From contig OZ024741.1 in assembly GCA_964016885.1 (NCBI GenBank), positions 57,536,001 through 57,600,000 of the forward strand: a DNA stretch of 64,000 nt, written 5' to 3'. The notes under the pieces are model-generated. The model had not been told where the DNA came from and made no database searches. It worked only from the letters and a program-made list of their open reading frames with translations. The position numbers were made by a program, and so were the translations under genes. Shown here in pieces: positions 39,900 to 51,235 of this stretch. Each line of letters opens with the position of its first letter. Within the stretch, counting starts at the first letter, position 1. The DNA is from Eledone cirrhosa. Lineage: Eukaryota.

Positions 39900-40914
39900 C
39901 GCTTTGTACATAGGCAAGGCGGGTCTTCTGTATTACTGCGTAGTGCCAAAGATCTCGATCCAGTGACATTATCTTGGAGAGGTGTAAGTGTGTAAGGTTG
40001 GAATTTATCAAGTCGTCCCAGGTTTTTCTGGATCTGCCTACTCCGTAGCTTCCATCAATTTTGATCGCCCTGCACTTTTTTTATACAGCTGTCGTCTTTC
40101 ATGCACATCATGTGACCATACCAACGTAGTCTTCTCTCGAGTAAACAGCATCTGATCCCTCTTATTCCTAATTTCTCACTTAGTTCATTTATGCTTTGCC
40201 GTTCACGTATATTACTATTACACATCTAACGTAGCATGCAAGCTTCGTTCCTCTCCAGTCTGCGTAGATCCTCTGCACGCAATGCCCATGTCTCACTCCC
40301 ATGTAACATTGCTGTTCGTATGCAGACATCATACAGTCTGCCTTTCATTTTTAGCGAGAAACCTTTAACGGCCAACAGCGGTATAAGCTCTCTGAACTTT
40401 TTCCATCCCGTTCTGAATCTGGTTACTGTACTTTCAGAGCACCCTCCACCACTGCTGATTTTGTCACCCAGGTAACGGAAGGTGTCCACTATTTCTATAG
40501 AACCATCTGGGTAATGGAAGGAGCTAGTATCCTGTGGGCACTTGCTACTTATTGCACCTGAGCACCGGCCACATATAAAATCTATGTTCTTAGTTAGCTT
40601 ACCTGTGATCCCACTACATCTTTTATGCACCCATACTTTGCATTTGGGACATAAAATGGAGTTCTGCCTACTCCTTTCCTACACACTGAGCATGGCAATT
40701 TCCCAGAGGGGACTAGTGCTCTATTTTCCTTCCGACATACTAGAACTTTGGTCTTAGACAAGTTAACTTTAAGGCCTTTTCATTCTAGGCCATGCTTCCA
40801 TGTTTGGAATTTCTCCTCTAGTTCATTCATCAATTTAGCTATGAGCGTTAGATCATCTGCATATAGAAGTTCCCATGGGCAGCCGGTCTTGAACTCCTCT
40901 GTTATAGCCTGAAG

Positions 40915-40918
<4 letters not shown>
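39900..40918 (-). mobile_element. RTE LINE 3' fragment
   Basis: LQAITEEFKTGCPWELLYADDL, HKRCSGITGKL and GWKKFRELIPLL on the minus strand. Confidence 0.92.
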
Positions 40919-40950
<32 letters not shown>

Positions 40951-40956
<6 letters not shown>

Positions 40957-43583
40957 ATAAATGCTCTGAAATAGCGATATATATGTGAATATAGACATAG
41001 AATATTCGAAAATATTCTGTATGTTTATAATAAACATTTTGAAGACCTAATCGCTATAGAATAGAATACGTCACGTATTACAATTAGATTCTCGATAAAA
41101 GCAAGGGAAGTAATCTACGCGTTTCATTCTTGTTAGAAATCATCAGGACTACATATCCAGTGCTTTTATCGAGAATGACACAGCTAGAGACTTATAGAAT
41201 ACTTAGCTGTGTACAGGAACTGGTTTGAAAGAGCGGTTGCCGGTCCGGCAGAAATTAGAAATTGGAATAAATGCTCTGAAATAGCGATATATATGTGAAT
41301 ATAGACATAGAATATTCGAAAATATTCTGTATGTTTATAATAAACATTTTGAAGACCTAATCGCTATAGAATAGAATACGTCACGTATTACAATTAGATT
41401 CTCGATAAAAGCAAGGGAAGTAATCTACGCGTTTCATTCTTGTTAGAAATCATCAGGACTACATATCCAGTGCTTTTATCGAGAATGACACAGCTAGAGA
41501 CTTATAGAATACTTAGCTGTGTACAGGAACTGTGTCATTCTCGATAAAAGCACTGGATATGTAGTCCTGATGATTTCTAACAAGAATGAAACGCGTAGAT
41601 TACTTCCCTTGCTTTTATCGAGAATCTAATTGTAATACGTGACGTATTCTATTCTATAGCGATTAGGTCTTCAAAATGTTTATTATAAACATACAGAATA
41701 TTTTCGAATATTCTATGTCTATATTCACATATATATCGCTATTTCAGAGCATTTATTCCAATTTCTAATTTCTGCCGGACCGGCAACCGCTCTTTCAAAC
41801 CAGTTCCTGTACACAGCTAAGTATTCTATAAGTCTCTAGCTGTGTCATTCTCGATAAAAGCACTGGATATGTAGTCCTGATGATTTCTAACAAGAATGAA
41901 ACGCGTAGATTACTTCCCTTGCTTTTATCGAGAATCTAATTGTAATACGTGACGTATTCTATTCTATAGCGATTAGGTCTTCAAAATGTTTATTATAAAC
42001 ATACAGAATATTTTCGAATATTCTATGTCTATATTCACATATATATCGCTATTTCAGAGCATTTATTCCAATTTCTAATTTCTGCCGGACCGGCAACCGC
42101 TCTTTCAAACCAGTTCCTGTACACAGCTAAGTATTCTATAAGTCTCTAGCTGTGTCATTCTCGATAAAAGCACTGGATATGTAGTCCTGATGATTTCTAA
42201 CAAGAATGAAACGCGTAGATTACTTCCCTTGCTTTTATCGAGAATCTAATTGTAATACGTGACGTATTCTATTCTATAGCGATTAGGTCTTCAAAATGTT
42301 TATTATAAACATACAGAATATTTTCGAATATTCTATGTCTATATTCACATATATATCGCTATTTCAGAGCATTTATTCCAATTTCTAATTTCTGCCGGAC
42401 CGGCAACCGCTCTTTCAAACCAGTTCCTGTACACAGCTAAGTATTCTATAAGTCTCTAGCTGTGTCATTCTCGATAAAAGCACTGGATATGTAGTCCTGA
42501 TGATTTCTAACAAGAATGAAACGCGTAGATTACTTCCCTTGCTTTTATCGAGAATCTAATTGTAATACGTGACGTATTCTATTCTATAGCGATTAGGTCT
42601 TCAAAATGTTTATTATAAACATACAGAATATTTTCGAATATTCTATGTCTATATTCACATATATATCGCTATTTCAGAGCATTTATTCCAATTTCTAATT
42701 TCTGCCGGACCGGCAACCGCTCTTTCAAACCAGTTCCTGTACACAGCTAAGTATTCTATAAGTCTCTAGCTGTGTCATTCTCGATAAAAGCACTGGATAT
42801 GTAGTCCTGATGATTTCTAACAAGAATGAAACGCGTAGATTACTTCCCTTGCTTTTATCGAGAATCTAATTGTAATACGTGACGTATTCTATTCTATAGC
42901 GATTAGGTCTTCAAAATGTTTATTATAAACATACAGAATATTTTCGAATATTCTATGTCTATATTCACATATATATCGCTATTTCAGAGCATTTATTCCA
43001 ATTTCTAATTTCTGCCGGACCGGCAACCGCTCTTTCAAACCAGTTCCTGTACACAGCTAAGTATTCTATAAGTCTCTAGCTGTGTCATTCTCGATAAAAG
43101 CACTGGATATGTAGTCCTGATGATTTCTAACAAGAATGAAACGCGTAGATTACTTCCCTTGCTTTTATCGAGAATCTAATTGTAATACGTGACGTATTCT
43201 ATTCTATAGCGATTAGGTCTTCAAAATGTTTATTATAAACATACAGAATATTTTCGAATATTCTATGTCTATATTCACATATATATCGCTATTTCAGAGC
43301 ATTTATTCCAATTTCTAATTTCTGCCGGACCGGCAACCGCTCTTTCAAACCAGTTCCTGTACACAGCTAAGTATTCTATAAGTCTCTAGCTGTGTCATTC
43401 TCGATAAAAGCACTGGATATGTAGTCCTGATGATTTCTAACAAGAATGAAACGCGTAGATTACTTCCCTTGCTTTTATCGAGAATCTAATTGTAATACGT
43501 GACGTATTCTATTCTATAGCGATTAGGTCTTCAAAATGTTTATTATAAACATACAGAATATTTTCGAATATTCTATGTCTATA

Positions 43584-43587
<4 letters not shown>
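40951..43587. repeat. 310-bp tandem array with one hammerhead per unit (non-LTR retrozyme-like): ~1.9 units on minus (40951-41530) and ~6.6 units on plus (41531-43587)
   Basis: tgtgtcattc recurs at 41531, 41841, 42151, 42461, 42771, 43081 and 43391 (period 310); units look identical by eye; flanked by (TA)n. Confidence 0.95.
41561..41603 (+). ncRNA. Minimal type I hammerhead ribozyme (also at 41871, 42181, 42491, 42801, 43111 and 43421 on +; 41110-41152 and 41420-41462 on -)
   Basis: gtagtc-CTGATGA-tttct aaca agaat-GAAA-cgcg-TA-gattac. Stem I gtagtc/gattac, stem II ttct/agaa, palindromic stem III ACGCGT, GUA cleavage after 41597; distal stem I attctcgataaaagca/tgcttttatcgagaat. Confidence 0.9.
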
Positions 43588-43618
<31 letters not shown>

Positions 43619-43622
<4 letters not shown>

Positions 43623-43776
43623 CTTCAGGCTATAACAGAGGAGTTCAAGACCGGCTGCCCATGGGAACTTCTATATGCAGATGATCTAACGCTCATAGCT
43701 AAATTGATGGATGAACTAGAGGAGAAATTCCAAACATGGAAGCATGGCCTAGAATGAAAAGGCCTTAAAGTTAACT
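43619..43776 (+). repeat. Inverted duplicate of RTE fragment 40761-40918
   Basis: Reverse complement with one visible substitution and the same premature stop (GLE*). Confidence 0.92.
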
Positions 43777-43907
43777 ATATATATGAATGAAATGAATATA
43801 TATATATATATGTGTATATATATATAATAATTATATATATATAATAATTATATATATAATAATTATAATAAATATATATATGAATGAAATGAATATATAT
43901 ATATATA

Positions 43908-43952
<45 letters not shown>

Positions 43953-44076
43953 GTAGGAGGTGAGTTTTATTGTAGCACAATAAAGCAATGCAAATATCGG
44001 ATAAATAGCACTCCACAGTTTATAGGACTGGAGTATAAATAATATAAGATCAAAAGATGGTTAAAAGAGTTCCAAG

Positions 44077-44147
44077 TATTTTATTATGCGCATTTCAAAA
44101 ACAAATATCATCATGGGATGATATTTGCGTTCTCATCAGATAAAATA
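44077..44147 (-). ncRNA. Hammerhead ribozyme in the inverted pLTR
   Basis: Reverse complement of 46312-46382. Confidence 0.85.
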
Positions 44148-44583
44148 GGGAAACATGATATGAAGCTTAAAAAACACTTGTGAGCAGTGAAGTTTTAAAT
44201 CAACATATGAAAAATAAAGTAAGATGGATATATGAGATTGGGAAAAAAAAGGATGGGGGAGGGAAGGTAAGGAAGAGGGAGAAAGAGAATAAAGGATGAC
44301 GGGGGAGGAGTATAAGAAGGAAGGATGAGAGAGGAGGAGAAATGAGTGATAGAGAGAGAGAAATAGCCTTTACAACTGAGAAAACATTGACTCACAGAGA
44401 GAAATTAAAAAACCGTTGGAAGATAATAGATAATTTAAAAAGATTTTGAAATTAAAAGTTAATGAGGTTTATGGGTGTTGATGTTTATGATTAAAGAAAA
44501 AAAGAAATTAAGAATAGTATTAATTTAAGGTTTATATAATGAAGGGTTTAATAATATGTGCGAAAAAAAGAATTTATTAATAT

Positions 44584-45301
44584 CTCTAACATTATCTCTA
44601 AACACAATAATAAAATATTAAATAATAAATTACATCCATCCAACACTGAGCGTCATAATAATAGCAGTAGTATACCCGACGTCATTGTTAACTCTAGTCT
44701 AGATTCAGTAAATTTAAATACGACGTCAAACGTAACTTCGTTGAATGTTCATAACACCAATCTAAATCATGAAACTATAGTTCCTATCGTAAATAACTTC
44801 TCCAATCCAATTCCTTCTATAAATAATACTAGGTCACTTGTTAATAACTCTGTTAATTTCTCTAATCGTAATTGTAATTGCCCTGTTAGAACTAAATGTC
44901 CTCTTAATAACCAATGTCTTAATAAAAACTTAGTGTATGAATGTAAGGTTATAACTGGTACTAATTCTTTTACCTATTTCGGTTCCACTTCCACTTCCTT
45001 TAAAGCAAGATTTTATAATCACAAATCGTCTTTTAAATACCAACTTAAAAGAACTAACACGGCACTCTCGGAACTCATATGGTCCTTAAAAGACAAAAAT
45101 ATTAACTATAACATCTCTTGGAGGAAGGTTTTTAACGCCTTTCCTTACCAGAATTATTCCCTATCCAGAACATGTAATCTCTGCCTAGCCGAGAAATTTA
45201 CCATTATATCTAATTTTAATTCTATAATAAATAGACGTACGGCTTTATTCTCGCTCTGCTTGCATAAATCCCATATAACTTTCCATAACGTATACAGCTA
45301 A
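44584..45301 (+). pseudogene. Penelope-like GIY-YIG endonuclease C-terminal ORF fragment
   Basis: CNC.....CPL...C, LVY...YFGSTSTSFKARFYNH, TALSELIWSLK and CNLCLAEK...CLH; the first codons of the listed ORF (from 44558) come from the inverted pLTR. Confidence 0.88.
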
Positions 45302-46311
45302 TATCTCAATACATAATTAGTTTAAAATCTTTTTCTCAAAGGCTTTTATATCTATTACAAATATACCCATCTTTCTACCTTATTTCAGTATATTATATTA
45401 TACAATTTACTCATTCTATGTCGTTAGAGGTCCCCTATCTTTCTTCTTTTATCCTTTTTCCTTTCTTTCCTTTTTTTCTTTTTCAATTTCTAATCTTTAA
45501 TCTGTAACTTTTACTTGCCAATTTCTTCTCAATTCATATTATTACTCACTACAGCATTTTTCATTTTTCCATTTTTCCTCATATTATTGGCCATAGAAAC
45601 TATATATTTTTAAATATATAATAATATTACCATTAGAAAATCTTTGTAAACATATATACCTTTTGACGTTAGATATTTTTTCTTCCTTAAATTCTCTTTT
45701 TTCTTCTCTCCTTCCGTGCTCGTTTTAAACCTATTATTTACTTTTACATATTACAATGCATAAAAACAAACTTAAATCCTAACTAATTCCTCTAAGTTCA
45801 TAGTTCATTTCTTCTTCTTCTTCTTTCACATTATATCCTTAATATTGTTAATATTTTTATTTTAATAATACATATTAATAAATTCTTTTTTTCGCACATA
45901 TTATTAAACCCTTCAATATATAAACCTTAAATTAATACTATTCTTAATTTCTTTTTTTCTTTAATCATAAACATCAACATCCATAAACCTCATTAACTTT
46001 TAATTTCAAAATCTTTTAAAATTATCTATTATCTTCCAACGATTTTTTAATTTCTCTCTGTGAGTCAATGTTTTCTCAGCTGTAAAGGCTATTTCTCTCT
46101 CTATCACTCATTTCTCCTCCTCTCTCATCCTTCCTTCTTATACTCCTCCCCCGTCATCCTTTATTCTCTTTCTCCCTCTTGCTCTTCCTTACCTTCCCTC
46201 CCCCATCCTTTTTTTTCCCAATCTCATATATCCATCTTACTTTATTTTTCATATGTTGATTTAAAACTTCACTGCTCACAAGTGTTTTTTAAGCTTCATA
46301 TCATGTTTCCC

Positions 46312-46382
46312 TATTTTATCTGATGAGAACGCAAATATCATCCCATGATGATATTTGTTTTTGAAATGCGCATAATAAAATA
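46312..46382 (+). ncRNA. Type I hammerhead ribozyme in the Penelope pLTR
   Basis: tattttat-CTGATGA-gaac gcaaatatcatc ccat gatgatatttgt tttt-GAAA-tgcgca-TA-ataaaata; 8-bp stem I and palindromic stem III. Confidence 0.88.
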
Positions 46383-46419
46383 CTTGGAACTCTTTTAACC
46401 ATCTTTTGATCTTATATTA

Positions 46420-46459
<40 letters not shown>

Positions 46460-46744
46460 TTGGAAGGGCGGATGTCCCCTCCCCAGTTACACCATCCCCG
46501 ATATATACACACACACACTTATATATAAGAATAACATTAAGAAAGTTGCTGATGTTACATAAATCGTTTAGTCATTATAATTATTTCAATGGTTCCCTTA
46601 TAAAATCCATGATGTAACGTATGCATTTGTCACTGAACACACACACACACACACACATGTCAACATGAATGGCCCTGTTACTTTTATCTAAAGACATTTT
46701 TTCCAATTCCATCCCACCCGTCCCCTCAATCTATTTTATTTCTC

Positions 46745-46875
46745 ATTCTTTCTTCTGATGAAGGACTAACGTCCGAAACGTTAAAACCCTCTTCCTGCTA
46801 TATCAAGCGTTAACCTAATATATACCTTCCATATACTGTACCGATTGTGTTGTTATTTCTGTTTACCTTTTACAT
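46745..46875 (+). mobile_element. PLE-type pLTR relic with intact hammerhead core
   Basis: CTGATGA-aggac taac gtcc-GAAA-cgt-TA; stem I is weak; ends in (TA)n. Confidence 0.65.
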
Positions 46876-47263
46876 ATATATATATATATGAACTGTACTT
46901 GTAATTCAAATGCTAGCCTTATTATATATTGTATCATACTGCATCTTCCCAAAACATGGGTACCTTTAACAGGTACATGTATTTGTGTAATTCTGAGCCA
47001 ATTGCATGTTTAGTTCACAAGCAGGCTAGTCCATTGATTGAACAACTGGAACAATTGCTGTTTTAACTGATGGAGGTCCAACACACACACACATTAGCCC
47101 TAGTGTTATGTATTTCTCTGTTTGTAAATGTGCATGTATGTGTTTCTGTGTGTGTGTGTGTATATGTGAATGCATATGTGTGTGTGCACATAGTGGGTCA
47201 TGTGTGGGCATGTGACGTGAGGGATTGAACATAATTTTGAACATTTTTGGCTTATTTTGATAT

Positions 47264-47606
47264 AATCATCATCATCATCATCATTTTGTGTCCACTTTTC
47301 CCTGCTTGTAAGGGTGAGACGGGAACTGATTCTGGCCTGATTTCTACAGCTGAATGCCCTTCCTAACACCAACCTCATTTACAGTGAGTGCTGGGTGCTT
47401 TTTTGCTGTGGCACCTCCACGACCACTTTGCAGTGGAATGATAGGGACCTCAGTCCCTATCATCTCATTTCTACAGCTGAGTAAACTCGAGCAATGTGAA
47501 ATAAAGTGTCTTGTTCAAGGAAACAACACATCACCCGGTCTGAGAATTGAACTCACAACCTTTTGATTGCAAGGCCAATGCTCTAACCACTAAGCCATGT
47601 GCCTCC
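47264..47606 (-). mobile_element. SINE family A copy
   Basis: Reverse complement of 8693-9036. Confidence 0.9.
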
Positions 47607-47858
47607 ATTTTGATTTTACTATAAATATAATTTTAGAAAAGATATTGCCCGCCAGACAGTCCACGCTGTAATGTGGCCGTGTAGGCAACACGGTAAAAAC
47701 CTCCCAGCCCCACACTGTAAATGTGGTTGGTGTTAGGAAGGGCATCCAACTGTAGAAAACCCGCCAGACAGTCCTATGCGAGCAAGACAACCACTCTTGC
47801 CTCAAGTGGGAAAACCCCCGTCCAAACCCATGCAAGCGTGGAACACGGACGCTAAACC

Positions 47859-47889
<31 letters not shown>

Positions 47890-48695
47890 ATTGGATCATA
47901 GGTAGAATTATTTTTATAACAGCTAAAAAGTTGGAACCTAACTTAGCTGAAGGCTTATTTAAAAGTGCATGTCTTGAATTTCAACTTTAACCTTTTTGAT
48001 ACTAAACTGCCTGGGACCGACACTTATTCATCTATACAGATTAATTTATGTTAGCATTTATATTTATCTAAAAAATCCCTTTAATTATAGTTTTACATAA
48101 AAACCTGTGTTAAGCCTTTAGTGTTCAAACCGGCCAAAACCGGCCAGAATTCTCTACCTCCTTCTGTTGAAACTGGCTGTAACTGGTCGCTCAAACTGAT
48201 GTTAAGGTATTGTTCTCAAAATAAATACTTTCAAAATCTCATAGATTCGATATTATGCGAGGTAAAGCCTTTACCATGAAAATATAATAGTATATATAAA
48301 ATAATGTGAATGCTAAAGGGTTAAGTCATGTTTCAAACTCCAGCTTAATAATGTGAAAGTTAGATATATTAAATCCCTCTAAATTCCAAATAATTTGAAA
48401 ATCATAGGTAGTGTCTTTCTTTAGAAATATGCTAACAAAAGAATTAATAACTGAGTTGTTAATGCTATGTTTAGCAATCCTTGAATAGCTTCTTATAAGC
48501 ACCAACATGGCTGTATGGTTAAGAAGTTCACTTCAGAACCACATAGTTTTTGATTCAATCCCACTGCATGACAGGCATCTTGGACAGGTGTCTTCTACTA
48601 TAGCCCAGGTTGACCAATGCCTTGTGAGTGGAATTTAGTGGACAGGAACTGTCTGGAAGCCCTCATATATATGTATGTATGTGTTTATATATGTG

Positions 48696-49380
48696 GAACA
48701 AAAAGGCGATGATGGTTGCCTGAACACTGTACGGCGTAATTCGGGCTGTTTGTTTACAAACAAACCGAACATTATAATAAATGTTCGGTAAACCCATACG
48801 TACATATATATATGTGTGCATGTATGTATATATATACATACTACTGTATGTCTGTATACATATATGTATGTACGTTTACATACATACTTACATTTAAGTA
48901 TCAGCTGTACTAAGAGTGAGAAATGAAATTTCATTTCATTCTTTTCCATTTATCGTTTTCGGTGCGCCCGGCCGACTAACTCACTCGATATGCAAATTAG
49001 GCTGCTCAGCCTTTAATATGCATAAGGAAAGTATATACTTTCAGACGTTCAATCATCTGGCAGGAAGGTATACGATGCTGACGATAGCTAATAAGCTTGA
49101 AACTAGTACAGCGTTCCTTTGTCAGTGTTGAACAAAAAGGCGACGATGGTTGCCTGAACACTGTACGGCGTAATTCGGGCTGTTTGTTTACAAACAAACC
49201 AAACATAATAAATGTTCGGTAAACCCATACATACATATATATATGTGTGCATGTATGTATATATATACATAATACTGTACGTCTGTATACATATATGTAT
49301 ATACGTATACATACATACTTACATTTAAGTATCAGCTGTACTAAGAGTGAGAAATGAAATTTCGTTTCATTCTTTTCCAT
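48696..49380 (+). repeat. ~1.6 tandem copies of a 434-bp unit containing a hammerhead (second retrozyme-like family)
   Basis: gaacaaaaaggcga starts at 48696 and 49130; ~250-bp direct repeats; flanked by TA-rich tracts. Confidence 0.85.
49072..49114 (+). ncRNA. Minimal type I hammerhead ribozyme
   Basis: acgatg-CTGACGA-tagct aata agctt-GAAA-ctag-TA-cagcgt; stem I pairs 5 of 6, palindromic stem III ACTAGT, GUA cleavage after 49108. Confidence 0.85.
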
Positions 49381-49393
49381 ATATATATATATG

Positions 49394-49590
49394 TAGGAAA
49401 ATGTTCACGACCCCAACGGCAGAGCTCAAGCTGTTTCGACGGCTATTTCTGGACTGAAATAGCTGTCGAAATGGCTTGAGCTCTGTCGTCGGGGTCTTGA
49501 ACATTTTCCTATTACCCACTCTACTACCCTAAGTATTGAGTACTCTGGTGCGTTATGGTCCATCTGGTTCCTTACCACACTTCCTTCGCT
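49394..49590. repeat. Fold-back (about 55-bp arms, 49394-49511) with a one-sided ~80-bp extension, between TA tracts
   Basis: taggaaaatgttca...gacggctatttc pairs with gaaatagctgtc...tgaacattttccta. Confidence 0.85.
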
Positions 49591-50729
49591 ATATATATAT
49601 ATAAACATGCATACATACACACATGCCCCTACATCACATTCCACAATAAAAGCATGTGACTGAGTGGTTAGGGTATTGGACTCATGAGGATAAAGTTATG
49701 AGTTATATCCCTGGACCAGATGGCATGTTATGTTCTTGAGTAAGACACTTCATTTCACATGGTTTTTCGTGATAGGGCTGGAGCCCCTATCATTAAAATA
49801 CCCAATAAACCTCCTATGAGATGCATGAGGCCAGCTAAACCAGCATGTGAGCTGTATATTTCATATTTTTTTCATTTCATTTCACAATCCACCACACAGA
49901 GGACTCACTAGCTACTAGTGGAGCCCTTGAACTAGGATTATATAGTGAAAACTATAAATATAAAAGTATGATTCATTTGAGTATAAGTTATTGTACAGAT
50001 TTTTCAAATGACTAAATATTTGAAAACAGCCAATGTATTATTTAGAGAAAAAGAAATAAATCATTTATAAAGACAATTACTGTTAGATACCAGTATCAGA
50101 AATATTTCCGTGTTGGCATGCAAGTGGACAACCATCATCTTTAATATTTGATTTATTTTAGTTTATATTAAATTATATTTTTCCATAAGTATTTGTTTAT
50201 TAAAGTCATGCATCTCATCTATTTATATTCATTGTTGATTTTATTTGTCTTTATTGTAATTTTAGAGGTTGTCGTGGGTATAATTTCATTATTTCATTGT
50301 GTTGATAATTATACAATCTAACAATACAATAGAGTGTAATATGGAATCTATAAAGAGAGCAGCAATATATTTTGCCCATGGTTTTTTAGGCGGAGTGGTC
50401 AGACATCCCGTCTAATTGGATATAATATACTGGCACATGGTCAAACAAGGAAGAAGGAACATACCTCAATATTATGTTATGTGAACATTTTAATTAGAGC
50501 AATTAAATAATATAGTTAAATACATCAGTGCTCCTAGGTTGGGTAATTGTCAATAATTGTATTATGCCGCGACTGCATGGTGTGATATCGCTGTTTGGGT
50601 CGCTGTGTGGAAACACGTCTATTCACTCCGAGGTATCACCATTCAAAAGCCATTATTGAAATCGTTGCCACATATTTTTCATGAAACAAAGGCAGGTGCA
50701 GTAAGGATATGTTCTCAGAATATATATAT

Positions 50730-51235
50730 GGTCAAGCTACTTTCTCTACCTTCAAGTTCTTAATTGCTTTACCTATCATACTGTTGTCAACCTTTATGGC
50801 TGGTCCCTCAGTAGGGTCTGCATGGGGTAGGCCCTCATTGCCCCAATCATTTTCCTTGTTTAGCAGTCTCTCATAGTATGTCTTTCATGCCTCCTTCTTT
50901 TCAGCATCAGATAGGGCAAGTACTCTATTATCATTTTGGACACACTTTTCTCTAATCACATCATGATTTTCTCTAGCATACTGTCTCGCAATCCTGAACA
51001 CTTCACGATGCAGAACATGTGCAGACTTCTTCTTTTCTGCCTTTCCTCTTGCTAGATACACTTGGTACTTGGCCTCTCTTCTTTCTATCTGGTATTGTTT
51101 TCTGTCTCCTCCATTTTCTCCAGACTTGTTTTAATGGGTCTTTCTATCTTGTCATTACACCACCGTGTCACCCTCTGTCTTGGCAGGATCTTGCTCTAGC
51201 TGCAGACCTGGCTTGTGGCATCCAACAGGTTGTTC
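50730..51235 (-). mobile_element. Degenerate RTE LINE fragment (pre-RT linker)
   Basis: Minus strand resembles 20830-21330 (EKKEA.KTYYERLLN, PTEGPAIKVD). Confidence 0.7.

Larger units (their letters stand above)
43953..46420 (+). mobile_element. 5'-truncated Penelope-like element with inverted pLTRs
   Basis: Inverted arms ~44039-44583 and ~45872-46417, with an ~85-bp extension on the left arm only; GIY-YIG ORF between the arms; an HHR in each arm; flanked by (TA)n. Confidence 0.9.
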
